64,000 nucleotides of DNA from an uncultured Candidatus Saccharibacteria bacterium (GTDB taxonomy: Bacteria > Patescibacteriota > Saccharimonadia > Saccharimonadales > Saccharimonadaceae). Shown piece by piece: positions 53,493 through 60,572 of this stretch. The DNA lies in assembly GCA_964615445.1 (NCBI GenBank), contig CAZTOK010000004.1, positions 7,436 to 71,435 of the forward strand, read 5' to 3'. Numbering within the stretch: position 1 is the stretch's first letter; each line of letters opens with the position of its first letter. The notes beneath the pieces were generated by a model. That model did not search any database. It worked only from the letters and a program-made list of their open reading frames with translations, and had not been told where the DNA came from. Position numbers and translations under genes: made by a program.

Positions 53493-56156
53493 CTATGGTT
53501 TGAGAAATTTCGCTTGTTCGGGCGTTGCTTGCCGCGTTTGTACTCGACCGCTCCTGCGAAGAGCATACTCAATGGTTTGAATCTCTTCTATACGATCACC
53601 AATTGTAGCGCGAATCTGATCGTTAGTGAGGGCCTCGAACACGTTATTGTATGCCTTGTTAAGGTCGTTTGTACTACCAACGGCGGTAATACTATTAATC
53701 TGGTTAGCCACCTCTTTAACCCAGCCAGCTTTAAGATCTTTCATGTTGCTTGCAGCTGTATCACCAAGTGAACCGGCGCGTGCCATGTTCATGTTTGTTA
53801 GGCTCACGCCCGCAAGCTTTGGATCCGCCTGAAGATGAAACCCACCTTTTACCTTCATAGTTGAGGCGTTACGGGCAATAACACGTGAAAGCATATCTTG
53901 ATCTATATGTACATCGTCCATACGTGCTTTTTCAAGAGCCACTACCTGGCCTTCTCGAGCCTGCATCTCAAGGGCAGCTTCGATTTCACTGCTATTGTAG
54001 TTCGTTGCACCTTTTATAACGTCGCTCACGACAGTACCAGAGAAGTCTTTCGGTGTTTGATTATTCTGCAGGGCACGATAGGTAATGAGTTTGACACCAG
54101 CATCAAGAGCGGCATCACTTTCTTTACTAAGCTCACTCACGGCGTGGGCCTGAGCCTTCACGGCACCAGATGGATCAATACCACCTGCTCGGCGACTAAG
54201 ATTTTGGTTAGTGTTAAGCGCCGTAGCAATTTGTTGCGTCTGAATAGTGCGAGCCGCGGCACCACGTTGCGTTTCAACACTTGTTTCAAGAGCATTATTC
54301 ATAATATCTTGCGCCATAACGTTGCGGCTATGAGCAAAGTTAGCAAGCGCACTTACAGATAGATTGTCGGGAACGACCATATTGCGAGAATCGCCCGCTC
54401 GAAATTCATCCCAGTTGGCATCAACCTGCGCCTTAGCAAGATCAACATTGAGCTTGCTTGCACGGGCGTTAAGCTCAAGTCCCTGAATGCGTGCATTAGT
54501 ATGTTTTTGCGCTTCAAAGCGCGCCTCAGCGGCTGTTTCACCACCCTGCTTCAAAAGCGCTGCCTCGAGTGCACGTTCATGAATATTGTGCGCACGATGA
54601 TCGTTTGCCCATTTCGCATCAACCATAGCCTCGTTCGCCTTCTGCCACCCTTCGCGCGCACGACGCTTGGCATCAATTCGTGCCGAGGTACGGTTTAAGA
54701 AATCGCGGCGGCGCATGCCAGGGTCAGCCAGTACACGGGCTTTTCTTTGTGCTGCGCGCTCTTCGGCAAACTTTCGTGTACGATCCACCAAGCCTTTGCT
54801 TGGGTTGTTGGCAAGGCCAGCAATGCGACCAAGCAGCGAACCGCTTAATCGGAGCAATAAAGGAGTAATGGCAAGCGGTGCAACCTGTACCGCCATACCT
54901 AAAATGATCAAGTTGATAGAGTCGGCATTCTGGATAATTGCAATTCCCGCTAGCTGAGACCCACCAAACACAAAAGCAAATATTGGGAACATAATAAGCA
55001 TCGTCGAAAAGAGCTCATGCCATTTTTTAAAATACTTTTCGGTATTTGGTAGTAAGAATGCAACAAAGGCGAGCGGTGACACAATAATAAGCACTGTAAT
55101 AATAGCTTGACGCGCAGCCAGTACAACAAGGGCAATGAAGATGGCAAGAAGGAGTCCTGCAAGAATCGGTAAGAGCAGTGTAATAGACCCTCCAACCGTC
55201 GCCGCAAGGGCACTATGAAGTGCTAGGCCACCAGCCAACGCAGCCGTTCCGCCTGAGAGAATAAACCCTGCTATGCTTTTAAAACTAATAACCGACCACT
55301 GATTACCACCATTTCCAATGACAGTATCATGAATCGACATAAATAAATGTTCAATCGAATATCCTAAGACGTTGGAGGCATCCACTGCAATCGCACACAC
55401 CCAATACGACACGTTGACGAGTATGGCGGCAACAATCAGCCGAGGAAGCATCTTTTTAACGTTGTAGTTAGAAAGACCAACGCTTGTGAGTTGTGAGTAA
55501 ATAACAACAATAAATCCAATAACAAATACCACGTTTGCGAAATTACGCATGACTGACCAAATAGTAAATAGTGCATTATTCTGATCTGTTGATACCGGTC
55601 GAACAGTTAAGAAACCACTGACAATGCCAAAGATCCAGTCCATAGCGTTTGCGAGAAAATTTGTGGCTGGGCAAATTATCCAGCCTAGCCCAAACGTAAA
55701 CGAGCTGTCACAGGAGGTAGCCTGTTTAGCACCTGATTGTGGTGTGATAGTGATGGTTGTTTTATCAGTGGGGTTTGTGTATCCGTCAGGCGGTGTGTAA
55801 TCAAATACGACATATCCTGCAGAAGTTGCCTTGGAGGTGTCCACTCCGGCTGCAAAGTAAATGATGTGCATTTTCTCCGGGCCGCCATTTGCTGCCGGCT
55901 CTATAAAGGTGTACAGCTGCGTACCCTGGTTTAATCCTCGGCTATCATTCGTACCAGCGGTTCCGTTTTGTTGGTACTGATTGTTAAGATATGAAATATT
56001 ACTTCCATCCCATGCGGCTGTAGCTTCGTCAGCTCGAGTAGTAGGACTGCTGGCGAGTATAAATGCTAAACAAGCTGCAATCGTTGCAGCAGCAAAAAGA
56101 AAAAGATTCCGTACGGATAGTCTACCGAACGGGCGAGCTACTCGCAGATCCCACAT
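53493..56156 (-). CDS. Giant VirB6/TrbL-like polytopic protein (paralogue B)
   Basis: Same architecture as 49515-52385. Shared blocks are FGLGWIICPATNF, NYNVKKMLPRLIVAAILVNVSYWVCAIAVDASNVLG and RQAIITVLIIVSPLAFVAFLLPNTEKYFKKWHELF. Confidence 0.6.
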   Translation of the reverse strand: MWDLRVARPFGRLSVRNLFLFAAATIAACLAFILASSPTTRADEATAAWDGSNISYLNNQYQQNGTAGTNDSRGLNQGTQLYTFIEPAANGGPEKMHIIYFAAGVDTSKATSAGYVVFDYTPPDGYTNPTDKTTITITPQSGAKQATSCDSSFTFGLGWIICPATNFLANAMDWIFGIVSGFLTVRPVSTDQNNALFTIWSVMRNFANVVFVIGFIVVIYSQLTSVGLSNYNVKKMLPRLIVAAILVNVSYWVCAIAVDASNVLGYSIEHLFMSIHDTVIGNGGNQWSVISFKSIAGFILSGGTAALAGGLALHSALAATVGGSITLLLPILAGLLLAIFIALVVLAARQAIITVLIIVSPLAFVAFLLPNTEKYFKKWHELFSTMLIMFPIFAFVFGGSQLAGIAIIQNADSINLIILGMAVQVAPLAITPLLLRLSGSLLGRIAGLANNPSKGLVDRTRKFAEERAAQRKARVLADPGMRRRDFLNRTSARIDAKRRAREGWQKANEAMVDAKWANDHRAHNIHERALEAALLKQGGETAAEARFEAQKHTNARIQGLELNARASKLNVDLAKAQVDANWDEFRAGDSRNMVVPDNLSVSALANFAHSRNVMAQDIMNNALETSVETQRGAAARTIQTQQIATALNTNQNLSRRAGGIDPSGAVKAQAHAVSELSKESDAALDAGVKLITYRALQNNQTPKDFSGTVVSDVIKGATNYNSSEIEAALEMQAREGQVVALEKARMDDVHIDQDMLSRVIARNASTMKVKGGFHLQADPKLAGVSLTNMNMARAGSLGDTAASNMKDLKAGWVKEVANQINSITAVGSTNDLNKAYNNVFEALTNDQIRATIGDRIEEIQTIEYALRRSGRVQTRQATPEQAKFLKP

Positions 56157-56293
56157 ATCCCTGTTATGGTATCACTTTATAGGTTAAAAGTCAATCTTAT
56201 TGCCTCATTTTACGTCCATCCTACGCATGTGATTTTTCGCTCTGCAAGAAACCCTTGCAAGGTATCTTTTTTTATCGTATTTTATAGATAGGT

Positions 56294-56677
56294 ATGAAGG
56301 TAAAACAAAAAATAGCAACACTCATAATACTAGCCGTGTCGTTCTGTGCGGTTGTAACGCCTGCGGCCTTAGCAGATTGTGGTGGCGTAAAAACGGCCAT
56401 TCTCCAATGTGATCAGACTGGCAAAGGTACAAGCGCCAAGGATAGTGGCATATGGGGCATTTTGCTTATTGGCCTTAACATCCTTACTGGTGGCATTGGC
56501 ATCGCGGCTGTCGGCGGTATCGTTTATGGGGCTATTCTCTATACGAGCGCCGGCGATAGGGCCGACCAAGTAAAGAAGGCTGTCTCCGTTATTACCAATG
56601 TGGTTATAGGTCTTGCTGCATACGGGCTCATGTATATATTGCTTAACTTCCTTATTCCAGGCGGAATATTTAGCTAA
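56294..56677 (+). CDS. VirB2/TrbC-like T4SS pilin paralogue 1
   Basis: Signal peptide, a Cys pair (ADCGGVKTAILQC), then two TM helices around the loop YTSAGDRADQVKKA. Confidence 0.7.
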   Translation: MKVKQKIATLIILAVSFCAVVTPAALADCGGVKTAILQCDQTGKGTSAKDSGIWGILLIGLNILTGGIGIAAVGGIVYGAILYTSAGDRADQVKKAVSVITNVVIGLAAYGLMYILLNFLIPGGIFS

Positions 56678-56692
56678 AGGAGCTCAATAAAG

Positions 56693-57118
56693 ATGAAACG
56701 ACTACTACAAAACTGGATTGCGGCAATTCTCTTCGTTCTCACATTCGGTGGCGCGTTTGGTGTGGTTGCTTTGCCACAGACTACCTTTGCTGCTTGTAAC
56801 GACCACCTTTTAACATTCCCTGCCTGGTATAGAGGATTAACTGACGGCGATTGTAATATTAAAAGTCCTACAGATTCAGGTGGACTACCTAAGTTTGTAT
56901 GGACCATCGCACTCAACTTTATTGAAATTATGTTGCAACTTGTCGGCTATATTTCAGTAGCCTTTATCATTGTGGGTGGATTTACGTATATGACCAGCGC
57001 TGGGTCACCTGACGGCGCGGCTCGCTCGCGTAAGACGATCACGAATGCAGTTATAGGGCTGGTTATATCTATTTTCTCGGTCGGTATTGTGAACGTTGTC
57101 ACAGGAGCGCTGAAATGA
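56693..57118 (+). CDS. VirB2/TrbC-like T4SS pilin paralogue 2
   Basis: Signal peptide ending TFA/AC, a Cys pair (AACNDH...DGDCNIK), and a TM-loop-TM core GGFTYMTSAGSPDGAARSRKTITNAVIGLVISIF. Confidence 0.7.
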   Translation: MKRLLQNWIAAILFVLTFGGAFGVVALPQTTFAACNDHLLTFPAWYRGLTDGDCNIKSPTDSGGLPKFVWTIALNFIEIMLQLVGYISVAFIIVGGFTYMTSAGSPDGAARSRKTITNAVIGLVISIFSVGIVNVVTGALK

Positions 57119-57414
57119 GCGTGTTACGATTTTTAGCGGCTAGTTCCGATAAAATTGATCCCGGATCTATCGGGTTACAAAGTCCTCCAACGGATGCTAA
57201 CTCGGTGCTCGCGAACGTACTTACCACCGTATACGCTTGGGCTGGCATTATTTGTATTATTATTGTGATTGTTGGAGGTTATCTTTATGTTACTTCAGCA
57301 TCAAATGCATCACAGGTAAAGCGCGCTAAAGATGCTATCATTGGGGCTATCATCGGCCTCGTTGTTATTATGATGGCATTTGTTATTACGCAATTTGTTT
57401 TAGGGAGGTTTTAG
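57115..57414 (+). CDS. VirB2/TrbC-like T4SS pilin paralogue 3 (short, no obvious signal peptide)
   Basis: Core GGYLYVTSASNASQVKRAKDAIIGAIIGLVVIMMAF. ATGA overlap with paralogue 2. Confidence 0.65.
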   Translation: MSVLRFLAASSDKIDPGSIGLQSPPTDANSVLANVLTTVYAWAGIICIIIVIVGGYLYVTSASNASQVKRAKDAIIGAIIGLVVIMMAFVITQFVLGRF

Positions 57415-57789
57415 ATGAAAAAGTGGAAATCGGTTGTTATTATGATTGGCTGTCTTTTTGGCGTAACTGTCGCTATGGTTCCGACTTCTAGCACGTATGC
57501 AATTAACGTATTTAATCAATGTTCGGGGAACGCAGATTCTGCGGTTTGTAAGGCATCGGGAACCGATAATGCAACAAGTATGATTAAAATTGTTGTTAAT
57601 ACCCTACTCTTTATCCTAGGTATTATTTCAGTCATTATGATTATCATTGGCGGCCTTCGATATACTACCTCCGGAGGCGATAGTAGCGCTACCAAGGCTG
57701 CGAAGGATACAATTCTCTATGCGGTTATTGGACTCGTGGTGGCAATGCTTTCATTTACTATTGTTAATTATGTAATAGCACAATTTTAA
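57415..57789 (+). CDS. VirB2/TrbC-like T4SS pilin paralogue 4
   Basis: Signal peptide, a Cys pair (NQCSGNADSAVC), and the core GGLRYTTSGGDSSATKAAKDTILYAVIGLVVAMLSFTIVNYVI. Confidence 0.75.
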   Translation: MKKWKSVVIMIGCLFGVTVAMVPTSSTYAINVFNQCSGNADSAVCKASGTDNATSMIKIVVNTLLFILGIISVIMIIIGGLRYTTSGGDSSATKAAKDTILYAVIGLVVAMLSFTIVNYVIAQF

Positions 57790-57802
57790 GGAGAACAAAA
57801 AA

Positions 57803-58165
57803 ATGAAAAAACTCAAACTGCTGTTTATATCCGTGTTTGCCCTTATGGGAGTAGCAACGATGGTCCCTATGTATGCCTATGCGTCACCCGGTGATCAGAT
57901 TCAAAAAGGTGTCAATTCGGTGAGTGACGGGAGTAAAACCGATATAGCCGTGAGTTTCAAAACGATTGTCAACGTTATCTTGTTTGTCCTCGGTGCCATC
58001 TCGGTCATCATGATCGTTATTGGAGGTGTTCGCTACACCGTCTCTGGGGGTGACAGCGGAAGTACAAAAGGGGCTAAGGATACTATTCTCTATGCAGTTG
58101 TTGGTCTTGTAGTAGCAATGCTTGCGTATGCTATTGTCAACTTTGTCATAACCAGCTTTAAGTAA
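57803..58165 (+). CDS. VirB2/TrbC-like T4SS pilin paralogue 5
   Basis: Signal peptide (AYA/SP) and the core GGVRYTVSGGDSGSTKGAKDTILYAVVGLVVAMLAYAIVNFVI. Confidence 0.75.
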   Translation: MKKLKLLFISVFALMGVATMVPMYAYASPGDQIQKGVNSVSDGSKTDIAVSFKTIVNVILFVLGAISVIMIVIGGVRYTVSGGDSGSTKGAKDTILYAVVGLVVAMLAYAIVNFVITSFK

Positions 58166-58236
58166 AAAGTATTAACAAAAAGTAACGCTTCTGCTATAAA
58201 GTAGATAGAGTAAATCCTACAGGAAAGGAAAAATAA

Positions 58237-58674
58237 ATGAAAAATAATATTAAGAAAAGTCTACAGGCGCTCCTTCTTGTCCCTGTTATTGCACTTGGAG
58301 TAAGCGGGGTTGCTAGTTTTGTAAGCACGCCTGCAGCACAAGCTCAGGCAGCAGCATGTACAAACGGTGCGAGCGGTGGTTTAGCTGGCGGTGCAGGTTG
58401 TGCTAAAGGTAATGACCAGCAGACCGATCTCTTTGGTCAAAACGGTATCTTCAAGACTATTACGAACGTGCTCCTCTTCATCATTGGTGCCATATCAGTA
58501 ATCATGCTTATCATTGGTGGTATTCGCTATGTGGTTTCCGGTGGTGATAGTGGTGCTGTAACAAGTGCAAAGAACACCATTCTTTATGCTGTGGTTGGTG
58601 TAGTTATCTCAATCCTCGCCTACGCACTCGTTAACTTCGTTATCGGCAGCTTTGCTTCAACAAGTGGTAGCTAG
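58237..58674 (+). CDS. VirB2/TrbC-like T4SS pilin paralogue 6
   Basis: Signal peptide (AQA/QA), a Cys pair (AACTNGASGGLAGGAGC), and the core GGIRYVVSGGDSGAVTSAKNTILYAVVGVVISILAYALVNFVI. Confidence 0.75.
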   Translation: MKNNIKKSLQALLLVPVIALGVSGVASFVSTPAAQAQAAACTNGASGGLAGGAGCAKGNDQQTDLFGQNGIFKTITNVLLFIIGAISVIMLIIGGIRYVVSGGDSGAVTSAKNTILYAVVGVVISILAYALVNFVIGSFASTSGS

Positions 58675-58691
58675 TCTTACGATAGCGTAAT

Positions 58692-58724
58692 AAAAATAAC
58701 ATTCTTAGGGAATGTTATTTTTTT
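58692..58724 (+). terminator. Rho-independent terminator of the pilin operon
   Basis: 13-bp stem aaaaataacattc / gaatgttattttt with a 5-nt loop, running into a T-tract. Confidence 0.6.
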
Positions 58725-58735
58725 GCCTTAAAACT

Positions 58736-58766
58736 AAATAGATCCGTATTTATAACGGATCTATTT
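58736..58766 (-). terminator. Terminator hairpin downstream of hsp20
   Basis: Perfect 12-bp stem aaatagatccgt / acggatctattt with a 7-nt loop. On the minus strand it is followed by AGTTTTAAGG. Confidence 0.5.
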
Positions 58767-58787
58767 ATTATAGTACTCGGTTGATGT

Positions 58788-59264
58788 TTATTGAATCGTA
58801 ATCTTCTTAGCTTGTTCTTGCTTAATTTTACTAAAGCTAATAGTAAGAACACCATCTTTAAGAACTGCTTCAACCTCGTCTTCTTTTACGGGTACCGGTA
58901 GTGCTAAGGTGCGACTAAATTCACCCCAATAACATTCCTGTATGTGCCAATTGGTTGCATTGGTTTCATCCCCACTTGAAAGCGTACCGCTAATAGTAAG
59001 AATGCCATCGCTTATGCTAACATCAAGGTCTTCTTTATTAACGCCCGCGGTACGAGCCTTAATGATAAGCTTCTCGTCGGTTTCATATGCATCGACGGCT
59101 AGTTGACCAGGAAAGTCATCCTCTGAATCTTGCCATGCGGCACTGTCGTCAGTTGGTGCTTGTGCTGGCGTAGCGTTCCCCTGTTGGCTTAGCTCGTCAT
59201 CATTTAAAAATGCGGCTGCGAGTTCATCTTCGATCAAGAGATCATCGTTTTGTTTACGGGCCAT
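58788..59264 (-). CDS. Hsp20/alpha-crystallin family small heat-shock protein
   Basis: Alpha-crystallin domain QLAVDAYETDEKLIIKARTAGVNKEDLDVSISDGILTISG...FSRTLALPVPVKEDEVEAVLKDGVLTISFSK. I chose ATG 59264, preceded by GGAGGA; the ORF-track GTG start is at 59276. Confidence 0.9.
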   Translation of the reverse strand: MARKQNDDLLIEDELAAAFLNDDELSQQGNATPAQAPTDDSAAWQDSEDDFPGQLAVDAYETDEKLIIKARTAGVNKEDLDVSISDGILTISGTLSSGDETNATNWHIQECYWGEFSRTLALPVPVKEDEVEAVLKDGVLTISFSKIKQEQAKKITIQ

Positions 59265-59311
59265 GATATCCTCCACTTTTCTCTAGGCTCTATTGACAAA
59301 TAGTCCCTCAC

Positions 59312-59340
59312 ATTATAACTAACATTTACGGTATAATCAA
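59312..59340 (-). promoter_or_regulatory. Sigma70-like promoter of hsp20 (TTGATT-N17-TATAAT)
   Basis: The -35 is the reverse complement of 59335-59340 and the -10 is the reverse complement of 59312-59317, with an exact 17-nt spacer. Confidence 0.4.
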
Positions 59341-59350
59341 CAAAAGGAAT

Positions 59351-59854
59351 GTGCAAAACGTAAAAAACACAATAGTTGACCACCCGCTTTCACACATTGC
59401 TCCTCACTACTGTTGCGGCTGCCAGTAAAAGGGTTGTCCTTTATGTCATAATTGTAAATATAACATCATCAGTGAGCATTATGAATACCGCATCATGTAC
59501 GGAGTACTAACTGAGGCAGCTAACATATGTAAGGGTATCCTGTTTCTTATACGCATGCCAGGTGTGTTGGTGAAAGATCAGATATAATGCAATGTTTAAT
59601 AGATGATTACAAATTTAATACTATGCGTAGCATGCATCTTTCAATGGCTGAGTTCATCGCAGAACAAATTGGTTGGCCCTTTCTGAATACAATTTTTGTT
59701 ACTGCTCCTACAATATCGTCACATTCGTGTGCGCAGATATGATCGTATGCTGCTTATTGCACATGCAGCATCTGTTCTGTTCTATTCTTCTACTTCTTCA
59801 GGCAGTGCAGTGCATCAGCGCTTCTTGATGCCGGTGTTAAGGAAGTATGGGTAG
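59351..59854 (+). pseudogene. comF: Decayed comF-like (ComFC/amidophosphoribosyltransferase-family) gene remnant
   Basis: Three frames read in series give ...HIAPHYCCGCQ*KGCPLCHNCKYNII..., ...MQCLIDDYKFNTMRSMHLSMAEFIAEQIGWPFLNTIFVTAPTISSH... and ...RHIRVRRYDRMLLIAHAAS.... Together they mimic the ComF Zn-finger (CxxC...CxxC), the KF-x-motif and the RqRGYDh blocks. The reading is broken by TAA 59426-59428, TAA 59585-59587 (frame change) and TGA 59740-59742 (frame change). The PRTase C-domain is absent. Confidence 0.5.
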
Positions 59855-59921
59855 CGACTATTGTCTAGGCAGCCCTCTCGACTAACCGAAGGTAATCTGA
59901 TACGATAGTGAACGACCATCG

Positions 59922-60011
59922 GGAGAGATGACCGAGCGGTTGAAGGTAACGGTCTTGAAAACCGTCGTGCCAGCAATGGTACCGTGGGTTCGAATCCCAC
60001 TCTCTCCGCCA
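59922..60011 (+). tRNA. tRNA-Ser (anticodon UGA), CCA encoded
   Basis: Acceptor GGAGAGA/TCTCTCC, anticodon arm ACGGT-CTTGAAA-ACCGT, a long variable arm (GTGCC...GGTAC), T-arm GTGGG-TTCGAAT-CCCAC, discriminator G and CCA. Confidence 0.9.
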
Positions 60012-60056
60012 CGTAAAAACGCCCTATTCTAAGGGCGTTTTTACGTGGCGGAGAGA
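60001..60056. repeat. Perfect 24-bp inverted repeat (8-nt loop) whose left arm includes the last 11 nt of tRNA-Ser(UGA); acts as a bidirectional terminator
   Basis: The sequence tctctccgccacgtaaaaacgccc (60001-60024) is the exact reverse complement of gggcgtttttacgtggcggagaga (60033-60056). The right arm ends 1 nt before the stop of the minus-strand pilin gene. Confidence 0.8.
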
Positions 60057-60467
60057 CTAAACGTTGGTACCCGTACCACTTACGCCTGGGGCAAAACTAG
60101 CAATGACGAAATTAACCACCGCATATGCCAACATGGCTATAACTAAACCGACAACTGCATAAAGAATGGTGTTTTTAGCACCAGTTATATTTCCCGAATT
60201 GCCACCTGATATAACATAGCGAAGTCCGCCAACGACTACCATAATGACGCTAATAGCCCCTACGATAAAAAGCATGACGTTGCTTACCGTCGTAAAAACT
60301 CCGCTGGCTCCAAAGAGTGTAACGGCCTGATCGACACCACGAGCTGAGCTTGCGCCGTCGCTCATTGTAAGATCAAACGCGAAAGTAGCTCGAGATAAAA
60401 AAGTATTCAGCAGTACGGTGACTGCCGTGACAAGTATTCCAAAAAAAGAAAATCGTTTTATCCTCAT
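60057..60467 (-). CDS. VirB2/TrbC-like T4SS pilin paralogue 7 (isolated copy between two tRNA-Ser genes)
   Basis: Signal peptide and the core GGLRYVISGGNSGNITGAKNTILYAVVGLVIAMLAYAVVNFVIASF, nearly identical to paralogues 4-6. Confidence 0.75.
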   Translation of the reverse strand: MRIKRFSFFGILVTAVTVLLNTFLSRATFAFDLTMSDGASSARGVDQAVTLFGASGVFTTVSNVMLFIVGAISVIMVVVGGLRYVISGGNSGNITGAKNTILYAVVGLVIAMLAYAVVNFVIASFAPGVSGTGTNV

Positions 60468-60572
60468 ATACTATTCCTTTTACGGTTTACACCATATCTT
60501 TTAATTATAGCAAAAAATGGCCAAAGGGTCTACCTTCAGCCTCTTTCATATGCTACAATAATCCAAGCGTAC

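Noticed and set aside
56255-56283. Possible TTGCAA-N17-TATTTT promoter for the pilin operon, implying a leaderless first pilin gene
   Set aside because: The -10 is weak, and AT-rich sequence yields many such matches. It is not supportable without TSS data.
40593-58674. Interpretation of the T4SS-like locus as an integrative conjugative element or plasmid remnant
   Set aside because: There is no relaxase, coupling ATPase, integrase, replication gene or flanking direct repeat in the window, and composition matches the core genes. This cannot be fully excluded without the rest of the genome.
59815-60012. 65-aa minus-strand ORF (MAERVGFEPTVPLLARRF...)
   Set aside because: It is the antisense reading of tRNA-Ser(UGA). 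The GFEPT peptide is the familiar artefact of translating a T-arm.
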